Shown piece by piece: positions 9,296-18,800 of a stretch of 52,198 nucleotides of DNA. Where the stretch lies: positions 1 to 52,198 of the forward strand of contig DATMBY010000298.1 of the NCBI GenBank assembly GCA_035558995.1, read 5' to 3'. The notes under the pieces are model-generated. The model saw only the letters and a list, made by a program, of their open reading frames with translations. It ran no database searches and was not told where the DNA came from. The stretch is from Solirubrobacterales bacterium. GTDB taxonomy: Bacteria > Actinomycetota > Thermoleophilia > Solirubrobacterales > 70-9. The number at the start of each line of letters is the position of its first letter. Positions within the stretch are counted from its first letter, which is position 1. The translations under genes were made by a program, and so were the position numbers.

Positions 9296-9592
9296 ATGCA
9301 AGACAAGCCTAGTGGCGCCGGCCATGAGCGCGCCACGAGCACCGCCGAGGAAGACCACCGCGACCAGGCAGGCGTCCTCAGACACGTTCTCTCGATTTAC
9401 CCCGAGGTCATCACCCGCGAGGAGTTGATCCGCGAGATGACCGGGGGTGATTCCTCCCCTGCCTTCGCGGAGCGCGACCGGATCGAGCGGGCAGTCCGCG
9501 ACCTAATCGCGGGGGGCCTTCTCCACGAGGACGGCAAGCTCGTCTTGCCGACCAGGCCCGCCGTCCTCTGTCACTCCCTCCTCGACGACTGA
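9296..9592 (+). CDS. Hypothetical small protein (possibly winged-helix DNA-binding)
   Basis: 98-aa ORF whose stop overlaps the next start (ATGA at 9592). Contains ITREELIREM...AVRDLIAGGLLHEDGKLVLPT, which is wHTH-like. Confidence 0.55.
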   Translation: MQDKPSGAGHERATSTAEEDHRDQAGVLRHVLSIYPEVITREELIREMTGGDSSPAFAERDRIERAVRDLIAGGLLHEDGKLVLPTRPAVLCHSLLDD

Positions 9593-9879
9593 TGGACGGC
9601 AGGAAGGTGGACAGAGAGGCCGCGCTGCGGCTCGGGAAGAACCTGTGGAGCGCCCGTCGCCGTGCGGGCTACTCCCAGGAAGACCTGGGCGACCTCGCGT
9701 GCCTTCACCGGACCGAGATCGGGTTGCTGGAGACCGGCAAGCGGTTGCCGCGGATCGACACGCTGATGAAGCTCGCCGCCGCCCTGGAAGTCCGGGTGGA
9801 GGAGCTGGTGGAGGGGATCGAGTGGCTGCCGCCCGGTCCCCGACCGAGCGGGACCTTCGCCGTCAGGAGGGCGGCATGA
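9592..9879 (+). CDS. XRE-family helix-turn-helix protein
   Basis: LGKNLWSARRRAGYSQEDLGDLACLHRTEIGLLETGKRLPRIDTLMKLAAAL. Translationally coupled on both sides. Confidence 0.8.
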   Translation: MDGRKVDREAALRLGKNLWSARRRAGYSQEDLGDLACLHRTEIGLLETGKRLPRIDTLMKLAAALEVRVEELVEGIEWLPPGPRPSGTFAVRRAA

Positions 9880-10097
9880 GCCCGAACAAAGCCATGAGTG
9901 TCCGGCTTCCCGACTCGATGAATGCGCAGATCAATGCTCTCGCCCGGATCGAGGGGGTGCATGTCTCGGAGTTGGTCCGAGAGGCGATCGAGGACTACCT
10001 GTCTCGGCGGCGCTCTGAGAAGGATCTGAAAGAGCGCTTGAAGCAGCGGATGGAGGAAGATTGGAAGGTCTTGGAGCACCTCGGGAAAAAGGATTAG
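9876..10097 (+). CDS. Ribbon-helix-helix (CopG/Arc-like) protein
   Basis: Internal ATG of track ORF 9645..10097, overlapping the previous stop (ATGA at 9876-9879). MSPNKAMSVRLPDSMNAQINALARIEGVHVSELVREAIEDYL fits the RHH pattern. Confidence 0.7.
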   Translation: MSPNKAMSVRLPDSMNAQINALARIEGVHVSELVREAIEDYLSRRRSEKDLKERLKQRMEEDWKVLEHLGKKD

Positions 10098-10190
10098 TTC
10101 AAGCACTCCCTAGTCCGAAGAGCAGAAGCAAAAGCCTCGAAATCCAGTGGACCTAGCTTCTCCAAGCTGCGACCCCCAAAGGCAGACGCC

Positions 10191-10224
10191 GACCTCTAGG
10201 GCCTTAATCATCGTCCTAGAGGTC
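10191..10224. repeat. Perfect 10-bp inverted repeat hairpin (GACCTCTAGG-14 nt-CCTAGAGGTC)
   Basis: Read directly from the sequence. It is downstream of the RHH gene and has no T-run, so it is not a classic terminator. Confidence 0.6.
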
Positions 10225-10366
10225 GCTACCTCCCCAACAGCAGAACCCCTCACGCCCTACGGATGAAAGTCAAGTTCTCGCAAGCCCGAGGACTCCAGCT
10301 CCGCCTCCTCACCCAGCTTCTTTTCGAGCCCCGCAGGAGCCCTCCGAACAGCAACTGCAGACCCCC

Positions 10367-11599
10367 TCACGCACTATCATCCCCTCCCCGGAGGGCCTGA
10401 TTACGCCCGCTGCGGCCCGCCGGCTGCCAGTCGGCGACGAGCCGTCGGTAGGCGACCTCCGCCTGGGCCGCAAGCTCCTTCTCGAGTCGCTTCCGCTCCG
10501 TCGCGCTGACCTTCGCCCGCTTGCCGCCACCACCACGGCGCCGCTTCGCCCCGGCGTCCAGCTCGGCCTTGCGGATCTTCTGCGCCACCAGCGTCGGGCG
10601 GGCGAAGGCGTAGTCCTCGCCGCGGGTGAGCATGTGCCAAGCGACCGTCACCAGCTTGCGAGCCACGGCGACGGTGGCGACGTTCTGGCCCCGGCGACCC
10701 GCGACCCGCTCGCCGAAGGCCTTCATCGGCCCGGTGGAGCGGCGCGCATGCAGGGCGGCCTCGACGAGGACGTGGCGCCCGTAGCCGGGGCCGCGCTTGG
10801 AGATCCGCCCGTGGCGGGCGGGCTCAGAGCCCGACTGCGCCACCTTGGGGTCGAGCCCCAGGTAGCCGACCAGGTGGCGCGGGCTCGGGAAGCGCGAGAT
10901 GTCGCCGATCGCCGCCATCAGCGCCGTCGCCGCCACCGCCCCGAACCCCGGCAGGCTCATCAGCCGACGGATCTCCGCCGAGCCCACCACCTGCTCGGCG
11001 ATGCGGCGGTCGATCAGCTCGATCTCGGCATTGAGGAAGTCGACCTGGCGCAGGCAGGCGTCGACCGTCTCGGCCTCGTCGGTGGGCAGCGGCTGGGTGG
11101 CAAGCCAGCTTCGGCCGTTGACCCCGAACAAGTCGCTCATCGGCGCCTTGCCGCGCAGGTTGCGGACCAGCACCGCGTGGACCTGGTTCTTCTCGCGGGT
11201 GCGCTGGCGCACCAGCTGGTAGCGGCGGCTGATCAGCCGCCGCCTCACCCGCGTTGCCTCGTCGGGCATCCAGACCGCGGTGAGGAAGCCGCCGGCGCCG
11301 AGCTGGGCCAGCGCCCTGGCGTCGAGGCGGTCGGTCTTGGGGCCGTTGCCGAGGCGCTCGCGGACCTTCCTGGGGTCGGCCAGCACCACCCGGGCCACGT
11401 GGGGCTCGATCGCCGCGGCGATCGCCCGGGCGTTGCCGCTCATCTCCATCGCCACCTGATCGTCTTCGCCGAGGCTCCCGGCGAAGAGCTCCAGGTCCTC
11501 CTCGGTGCTCTTGACCCGGCCGGCGCTTCTGACCTCGCCGGCCTCCCAGATAGCCACCTCGCAGAAGTCGCGGTGGACGTCCATCCCGATGAATCGCAT
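10367..11599 (-). CDS. IS110-family transposase/recombinase
   Basis: MRFIGMDVHRDFCEV (D), AMEMSGN (E), KTDRLDARALA (D..D), and C-terminal domain LPGFGAVAATALMAAIGD...GLDPKVAQSGS. Start moved to Met19 of track ORF 10367..11653. Confidence 0.9.
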   Translation of the reverse strand: MRFIGMDVHRDFCEVAIWEAGEVRSAGRVKSTEEDLELFAGSLGEDDQVAMEMSGNARAIAAAIEPHVARVVLADPRKVRERLGNGPKTDRLDARALAQLGAGGFLTAVWMPDEATRVRRRLISRRYQLVRQRTREKNQVHAVLVRNLRGKAPMSDLFGVNGRSWLATQPLPTDEAETVDACLRQVDFLNAEIELIDRRIAEQVVGSAEIRRLMSLPGFGAVAATALMAAIGDISRFPSPRHLVGYLGLDPKVAQSGSEPARHGRISKRGPGYGRHVLVEAALHARRSTGPMKAFGERVAGRRGQNVATVAVARKLVTVAWHMLTRGEDYAFARPTLVAQKIRKAELDAGAKRRRGGGGKRAKVSATERKRLEKELAAQAEVAYRRLVADWQPAGRSGRNQALRGGDDSA

Positions 11600-11860
11600 C
11601 GCCTGCTCCTCTCGCTCGGATTGGGCGGAAGGGGCGGCGGGCAAGAACGGCAACTACGGATTCGGGCTCTCGGCCCATCCGGGCATTCGCAGGGGCGGCC
11701 AGCTATCAACTGCGGGCTCTCGGCCCATAAGGCGTGCGGCCTGCCCGGCCTGCGCTCTTCCACAGAGCCCCCGGCCCGGAGCATCGGCGAGGACGCTAGG
11801 CGCCGCCGCGGACGGTCCCGGAAGAGGCTCCAGGGGCAGTTTCATGCCCCTATCACTGCG
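11600..11860 (-). ncRNA. Candidate IS110 bridge (seeker) RNA region in the transposase 5' leader
   Basis: Non-coding leader of the length and position where IS110-group elements encode their guide RNA. Contains two identical 16-nt hairpin units, cgggctctcggcccat, at 11663-11678 and 11713-11728, exactly 50 nt apart. A GGGGCA/TGCCCC hairpin lies at ~11835-11852. Not verified by a covariance model. Confidence 0.35.
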
Positions 11861-12399
11861 TGATTTTCGTTCCCGGCGGCGCCCGCGATGGGCTTCGAGC
11901 TTTGCGAGGAAATCGAGCCAACGACTCCCAATGAGCGGGCCTCGCTCGACCACATAGATGACGACGGCAATCGCTAAAGCGGCTGCCGGACCGAGGACAG
12001 AGAGCGACATTGAAAGCATCAGCGTCGCCCTCTTCGAGGGTATGCATACCGGGCTCAGCTCGTCAAGACCCCCAAATTTGCCGGACTACTCCCGGCCCCG
12101 GTCTAGAGCCAAATCCTGAAGGCCGAAGAGGAGGGGGTTCGTCATTGGGTGTTAGTGCCAGAGGACCTTCGGCATCGCGCCCGGGTCATCAATCTGCCGC
12201 TTGCGTGGGGAACGGCGGGGCATCGTCGCCCTCCGGGGCATTTCCCCGGCGTGGATCAACGCCCCTCAGCCGAGAGCAGCGCGTCCAGCGGCACCGTGCA
12301 GATCGCCCCCTGCGGTGGCACTCATGACATGGAGCCGATGCACGAGCCCGCCGCGCCGGACATCGGAGGCATGGACTGCCTCACGGGAGATCACCGCTG

Positions 12400-15300
12400 A
12401 TGCTCTCCATCGGCAAGATGGGCGGCGGCCAGGAGCGCTACTACCTGGGCAAGGTCGCCGAAGGTGCCGAGGACTACTACTCCGGGGAGGGGGAGGCCGA
12501 GGGCTACTGGCTAGGCGATGCCGCCGAGGATCTCGGCCTCCAGGGCAAGGTCGATTCCGACCAGCTGATCGGGATGCTGACCGGCTCCAACCCGGCTACC
12601 GGGGAGCCGCTCGGCCTGCGTCACGTCCAGGGCGGCCCGGTCCCCGGCTTCGATCTCACCTTCTCGGCGCCGAAGTCGGTCTCCCTGACCTGGGCGCTCG
12701 GCGGCCATCCAGTCGCCGCCGAGGTCAAAGCCGCCCACGTCGAAGCGGTCAAGGCGGGTCTCGACTATCTCCAGAGTGAGGCTTGCTTCACCCGGCGCGG
12801 CGCGGGTGGTCACGCGTTCCTCAAGGGCAACGGCTTCCTCGCCGCCGGCTACACCCACCGCTCCTCCCGCGCCGGCGATCCGCAGTTGCATACCCATGTC
12901 CTCGTCGCCAACGCCACCTTTGCCGACGGCCGCTGGACCCGCCTCTACCACCCGGCGATCTATGAGCACGCGAAAACTGCCTCCTACATCTACGAGGCCC
13001 ACCTTCGCGATGAGCTGACCCACCGTCTCGGAGTCCGCTGGAGCGAGGTGAAGAACGGCCTCGCTGAGATCGAGGGCTACGATCCCGATCATCTCCGCGC
13101 CTTCTCGACCCGTCGCCAGCAGATCCTCGAGGCGGCGGGGGAGGGGGCCTCGGCTCGCGCTCGGCAGATCGCGACCCTGGAGACCCGGGCGGCCAAGGAC
13201 ACCGACCTGAGCACGGAGAGCCTGCGGGATCTCTGGCGCGAGAAGGCCGAGGAGATCGGCCTCACCCGCGAGTCGATCCGCGCCGCCCTCGGCCACGAGC
13301 GCCAGGCGCCGGAGGGGCGGGTCTCCGTCGCCGAGGTGGAAGCGGCCCTCACCGCGCATCGCTCCCACTTCGACCGCCGCGAGGCGATCCAGGCAGTTGC
13401 CGACTGCCTCCCGGCCGGGGCACCGGGGGAGGAGGTCACGGAGCTTGCCGACGCCTACCTCACCCGGCCGAAGGTGATCCCGATCGCGGCCACCGCCAAA
13501 GGCGAGCGCTACACCACCCGCGCGATCTGGGAGATGGAGCGCACGGCGCTTGAGAGGCTCGAGGCGATGGCCGCCACCGAGGACCGCGCCGCAGTCTCGG
13601 AACTAGTGACCGCCCGCGTCCTCGCCAAGCGGCCGTCGATGAAGCCCGATCAGCGGGTGATGGTCGAGCGGCTCCTCACCGGCGGCGGGGGCGTGGCCGT
13701 GGTGGTCGGCGAGGCCGGAACCGGCAAGACCTACGCGCTGACCGCCGCCGCCCACGGCTGGGCGCACGACCGCACCGAGCTACGGGTCGCGGCGCCGACG
13801 TGGCGGGCGGCCAACGTCCTTCGTTCGGAGGGTCTTAGCGCCACTAGCGTCGCCAGTCTCCTCGCCGAGCTTGACCGCGGCACCGCGGCGGGGCAGCAAG
13901 TGCTCGCCCGCGGATCGGTCCTGGTGGTCGACGAGGCCGGAATGGTCGATTCCCGCGCGCTGGCGCGGCTTGTCCAGCACGCCCACGAGGCCGAGGCGAA
14001 GCTCGTCCTGATCGGCGATCCGGCGCAGCTGGGGGAGATCGAGGCGGGCGGCCTCTTCGCCTCGATCGCGGCGAGGACGGAGCCGATCGTCCTCGATGAA
14101 GTGATCCGCCACCACCACGACCTGGAGCGCGAGGCGGCGAAGATGGTCCGCGAGGGCGAAGGGCGGCAGGCGATCTCTGTCTACCAGGGCGCCGAGCGCG
14201 TCACGGTCTCTGACGACCCGCTGGCGCGGCGCGAGGCGATGATCGCCGACTGGTGGCAGAGCTTCCAGCGCGGCGAGGACGCGCTGATGATCGCAAAGAC
14301 CAACCGCGAGGTCGCGGCGCTGAACGCGCTGGCGCGGGAGCAGATGAAGGCGGCGGGCCAGTTGGGGGCGGACGAGATCGAGGTCGGCGAAGCTCGCTTC
14401 GCTGCCGGCGATCAGGTCATCACCCGGATCAACGACCAGCGCCAGAACATCTACAACCGCGAGCGCTGGCGCGTGGCGGAGGTTGACCGGGAGTCCGGGA
14501 CCGTGGAGTTAGTCGGAATCGACACCCGGGGGCGGGTGTGTGTCGATTCCGACTACTTGGGGCGGGTCAGGGAGAGGGATGGAGGGCCTGCGCTGGAACA
14601 CGCCTACGCGGCGACCACCTACCAGGCCCAGGGGGCGACGGTGGACACCGCTTTCGTCATGGCCGATCCCTCGATGGACCGCCAGGAGTTCTACGTCGCC
14701 ACCTCCCGCAGTCGCGAGGGCACCTACCTCTACGCCACCCCCGAGGTCAACTTCGACCGCGACGAGTACGCGCCGCGCTCACAGATGCGAGAGGGCCTCG
14801 ACCACATCGCCGAGGCGGCCGAGCGCGACGGCGCCCAGGTCTCCGCGCACGACGCGGTGCTGCGGGCCGAGCTCGACGGGCTCCCACCGGCCGATCTCGC
14901 TCGCCGGGTCCGCGAGATCCACGCCGAGGCCGGCGCCGAGCGCCACAACGAAGCCCGCCATCTCAGAGCCGAGAAGGAGATCGAGCGTCACAGCGAGCAC
15001 CTCGAGCACTACCGCTCGGCCACTCACTCTGTGCATCCCTCTAATGAAGAACGCGCGCGGGAGCAGATCGCGGCGGCGAGGGCAGAGCGCGAGCAGCTGC
15101 CCGAGATCGGCCATGAGGCCCGCGCGAAGGCGGCGGTGGCGGAAAGCGTTCTCGCAGAACGCGAACGCGCCGCCGCGACCGCCGCCCGTCTGTCGCCTCC
15201 CGACTACATCACCAGGGAGCTTGGCGAGCGCCCAAACGATCCGACGAAGGCCCGCGAGTGGGACAAGGCGGTGCAAGGGGTCGAGGGCTACCGGGTCAGA

Positions 15301-15471
15301 AACGGCGTGGGGGACAGAGACAACGCTCTCGGGCCGAAGCCCCACGACCACTCCCAGACGCACGAGCACGCACGGGCCGAACGGCAGCTACAGCAGGCCC
15401 AGCGGCGCTTGCAGCTTCAGCGAAGCCAGCAACGTGCCGCTGAGCAGGCCATCCACTTGGGGATCGGATGA
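12400..15471 (+). CDS. MobF-family conjugative relaxase fused to TraA/RecD-like helicase (TrwC/TraI type)
   Basis: N-terminus MLSIGKMGGGQERYYLGKVAEGAEDYYSGEGEAEGYWLG (catalytic Tyr pairs), HRSSRAGDPQLHTHVLVAN (His triad), helicase Walker A GEAGTGKTY, VLVVDEAGMV. Confidence 0.9.
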   Translation: MLSIGKMGGGQERYYLGKVAEGAEDYYSGEGEAEGYWLGDAAEDLGLQGKVDSDQLIGMLTGSNPATGEPLGLRHVQGGPVPGFDLTFSAPKSVSLTWALGGHPVAAEVKAAHVEAVKAGLDYLQSEACFTRRGAGGHAFLKGNGFLAAGYTHRSSRAGDPQLHTHVLVANATFADGRWTRLYHPAIYEHAKTASYIYEAHLRDELTHRLGVRWSEVKNGLAEIEGYDPDHLRAFSTRRQQILEAAGEGASARARQIATLETRAAKDTDLSTESLRDLWREKAEEIGLTRESIRAALGHERQAPEGRVSVAEVEAALTAHRSHFDRREAIQAVADCLPAGAPGEEVTELADAYLTRPKVIPIAATAKGERYTTRAIWEMERTALERLEAMAATEDRAAVSELVTARVLAKRPSMKPDQRVMVERLLTGGGGVAVVVGEAGTGKTYALTAAAHGWAHDRTELRVAAPTWRAANVLRSEGLSATSVASLLAELDRGTAAGQQVLARGSVLVVDEAGMVDSRALARLVQHAHEAEAKLVLIGDPAQLGEIEAGGLFASIAARTEPIVLDEVIRHHHDLEREAAKMVREGEGRQAISVYQGAERVTVSDDPLARREAMIADWWQSFQRGEDALMIAKTNREVAALNALAREQMKAAGQLGADEIEVGEARFAAGDQVITRINDQRQNIYNRERWRVAEVDRESGTVELVGIDTRGRVCVDSDYLGRVRERDGGPALEHAYAATTYQAQGATVDTAFVMADPSMDRQEFYVATSRSREGTYLYATPEVNFDRDEYAPRSQMREGLDHIAEAAERDGAQVSAHDAVLRAELDGLPPADLARRVREIHAEAGAERHNEARHLRAEKEIERHSEHLEHYRSATHSVHPSNEERAREQIAAARAEREQLPEIGHEARAKAAVAESVLAERERAAATAARLSPPDYITRELGERPNDPTKAREWDKAVQGVEGYRVRNGVGDRDNALGPKPHDHSQTHEHARAERQLQQAQRRLQLQRSQQRAAEQAIHLGIG

Positions 15472-15683
15472 TGAGCCGGTCGGTCGAAGACCCCCAGGCC
15501 ATCGGTTCGCTTGAAGAGCCGCTACTCAACGCCGATGAAGCTGCGCAGCTACTTCACGTTCCCCGGAGCACGCTCTATGAGTTGGTCCGATCCCGGCATC
15601 TGCCGCATGTGCGCGTGGGTCGGGCGCTTCGCTTCACCCGGCACGATCTCGCCGATTGGGTGAGGGCCAATACGTTCCGCTAG
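15468..15683 (+). CDS. Excisionase-type / MerR-like helix-turn-helix DNA-binding protein
   Basis: LLNADEAAQLLHVPRSTLYELVRSRHLPHVRVGRALRFTRHDLADWV is the typical Xis/AlpA HTH_17 pattern. Its start overlaps the relaxase stop. Confidence 0.75.
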   Translation: MMSRSVEDPQAIGSLEEPLLNADEAAQLLHVPRSTLYELVRSRHLPHVRVGRALRFTRHDLADWVRANTFR

Positions 15684-15817
15684 AGGCTGTATCCACTCAA
15701 GTCGCCGGCAGGCTCCCTTAATGCGGCAAGGGAGAGGCTGAGCGATCCGGCCGCAGCGACGCCTGAGATCACGATGTGTCCGAGCTCGAGGGCTATCGCC
15801 AGCCTCACCATCGAGGA

Positions 15818-18800
15818 CTATTTGTTGAGTCCATCGTCTTTGAGCAACTTGGCGAGCTTGCTGGCGAAATCTCCGCCCACCACATGACAGCTTTCGCAGC
15901 CAGTGTTGGTTGCGGGGTTTGCCTGTTCACACCGCATACACGTCCAAGGACGAGGATCGCGATCCGCGCCTAGGAGCGTCGTTCGCACGTCTTGCGGTAG
16001 GGGTGCTTCCAACGACTCAACCATGGTGGTCCGTACTTCATCGTCAGGGTCGGCAAGCACCTCGGGAAGCAAGGTCGGCGGTTCTCCGCTCTGGACCCCA
16101 GCCGCTATCCGCCAGGCAGCGGCGTTGCGTAGCCAGATGTCGTCGTCGTTGAGCCATTCTGTGACGCGCTCGGTGTTCTCGACGGAAAGAACAAGACGTG
16201 CTGCCTCGAAGCGGCTCATTCGTCGCAATCGCGGAAGCAGCTCAACGATCTCCTCGATGTCAGGTTCCTCCATGCCGCTGTTGGCCAGGGCTTGGATGGC
16301 CCGCCATGAGAACCAACTCCCTAGTGAAAGGGCGCGGTGCAGCAAGCGTCTCGTTGCATGACGGTCCTCGACCCGATCCCAGGCATCAAAGGTGAGCAAC
16401 GCGCCCTTCATGTTCAGCATCGACTCAAGCTCCTCCCGATCCTCGGGATGACGGTCTCCTTCTTTGAGCACGTAGGCCGCCTCGGATGCGATCAGTGCGA
16501 GGTCCACGCCGCTTAGGCGGGCCAGAATCAGCATGCACTCGCGCAAAGTCTTGGGTGCCGCTTGGAGGGTGTTAGAAGGGGCATAAGCCGGGGCGTCGGG
16601 AAGGCCAAGGGTCGACCAGAGGTTCACGAGCTCATCAAGGCGTCGTCGTTGGCCTGCTCGGAGGTCAATCGGGTCTGCCGCCGTGGTGAGCCAGCGCAGG
16701 AATTCACGGTCCGCTTCGTGGCGGAGTTTCAGCTCGCCAACGAATCGGCGTGCACGCGCTATGCCCCCGTAGCGTTCATCTCGACGGCGATCCAGGTCGG
16801 CGACGATCTCCTGATTCGCGAAGCGGCGCAGCAGGATCTCTAGCGCGTCGGCATGTCTCCCGCCCACCTCCTCGACCAGCTGCAGCGCGCGGGTGGCGAG
16901 TGAGGGGTCTTTTGGCAGCAAGCGCTCAAGCGAGTGATGGATCGCACGGCTCCAGATGGGATCCGCGATCGCCAGAGCCAAGACGAAAGCACCACCCGTC
17001 CCCTCCGCTTTCTCGCGCTTCGGTGGGTCGGTATCGATTACGTCGCGGATCGCTCTCTTCTCGGCCGCGCTCGGATGGTCGGCTTTGAGCGCGAGTAGGG
17101 CTTCGAAGCTCGGCCTCTGATCAGCGGGAAGCCGAGAAAGCGACCGGCGCGTCTTGTCACGAAGCTCTTTAGGTAGATCGAGTTTCAGCAGCGCCTCGGC
17201 TGCAGCGCGCCGCTCGTTTTGGTCTTCGGATTTCAGTACCTCGATCAAGGCGCTGGCCAACAAGTTGCGCTTGCTCGCACCTTGCCCGGATGCACCAGCA
17301 GTGACGTCGTTGGCCCGCAGGACCAAGTCCGGCACACGGCTTGCATCCGCTATGTCAACTGCCTCGCGGGCGAGGCGTTGAGAGAGCTGACACGCGAGGC
17401 GCAGGGTCTCAACTAGGTCGGGATCTCCAAGAGCTGTTTCGACCCACTCTGACCCTTCGGCGTCCGTGAGTTTCGAGGCTCGCCAAGCCTCACCTACCTC
17501 GACAAAGAGGCGCAAGCGGGGGAATAGTCGTCCGTCTGATCCGCAGACGAAAAAGCCAGCCTGATCCCAGAAGGCGATCACATCATCTGCGCAAACGTCA
17601 GCGCTCGGTGCGGTGAGTTGGAATCCCTCGCGGAGCGCGTTCGCGACAGCGTGCCGGCATTCATCAATGACAGGTAGCTCTTGCTCGGTAAGCATGCGGG
17701 AAAGAGCGAGAAAGCCCTCGATTAGCGCTCGGCGGGCGAGTCCTTCTTGGAGGGGTCCGACCTGGGCTCGCTCACCGATCGCCTCCCACTGCACGATCAC
17801 CGATTCCAAGATCTCGACCATGACCGTTGCGCGATTGCCGGGCAGAGTTTCCTCGTCCCCAACGGCAGCCCGCATCGCGAGCAACACGGCAAGTAGAGGC
17901 GTTTCGGCCAGCGCGTCGTCGCGGTCCAGCCATTCCTTGACCCAACTGATCCGAGCTTTGACCCACTCATCTCCATCGGCAGGCGAATATCTGGACGCGA
18001 GTTCTTCAAGCACGGCTCGCGCGGTATCCAGCGACTCGCGAGGAGCCAATAACCGCAACTCAAAGAATCCGAGGCTTGCGGCATCTGCATAAGCGAGATC
18101 GCGAGTCGCGATGACGATCTCGGCGTCCGGATCGAGCTCGGAGAAAAGGTCCTTTAGCTGACGGAGGACCTCATGGCGGCCCTCGCGCGCCTCATCAAGG
18201 GCATCGAGGACAAGGACAATTCCAGGCCCGTTTAGAGCGTCATCAAGCTGAGACGCCAGAACTTTCCGGTCCATTCCTGAAGCCGAGGACGTGGCGAGTT
18301 CGACAAGGGCCTTTCTAACCCCGTGTTCCCCGAGGCGTTTGCTGAGCATGTCGAGACGGACGATGATCGGAAGCGGCCAGCCTGGTCGCTTTGCGTATTC
18401 AGAAGCGACTGCGCGAAGCGCGGTGCTCTTTCCGGAGCCGGGAAGGCCCGTGAGAAGGACTCGGCCGCGTCGGCGGAGCGCCCAAGTGAGCGGGTCGCCA
18501 TAACGCTCCTCTTCGAACGTGCCCGGTCCCCCAGGGCTTACCTCCACCTCGGCGTCGGCTCGCTCAAGCGTCAACGGCGGGATCGTTGCGGCAAGGCCCG
18601 CGAAGTCGAGCGTTTCGCCGCGACGCTGGACCCGCTCTAGGTAACGAGCCATTGCGCCCCTGCTGGCTCCGGTTGAACCCGGTTCATCCTCGCGGAGGGG
18701 CAGCTCGGTGCCCCGTAGGGCGTCGCAAAGTTGCTGGCGATCAAACCCATACCGGAGGCGAGCGCCCTTGCCGCAGACGTTCAGAAGTCGCTCCCAAGCC

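Larger units (their letters stand above)
10340..11860 (-). mobile_element. IS110-family insertion sequence (ends only approximate)
   Basis: Contains the IS110-type transposase and ~260 nt of non-coding leader. IS110 elements lack terminal inverted repeats, so the ends cannot be fixed from one copy. Confidence 0.65.

Noticed and set aside
11654-12019. 121-aa minus-strand ORF upstream of the IS110 transposase
   Set aside because: Only the first ~50 codons look protein-like (a TM-like MLSMSLSVLGPAAALAIAVVIYVV...). The rest reads through the IS110 non-coding leader. It is probably a small flanking gene truncated or extended by the insertion, so it is not reported as a feature.
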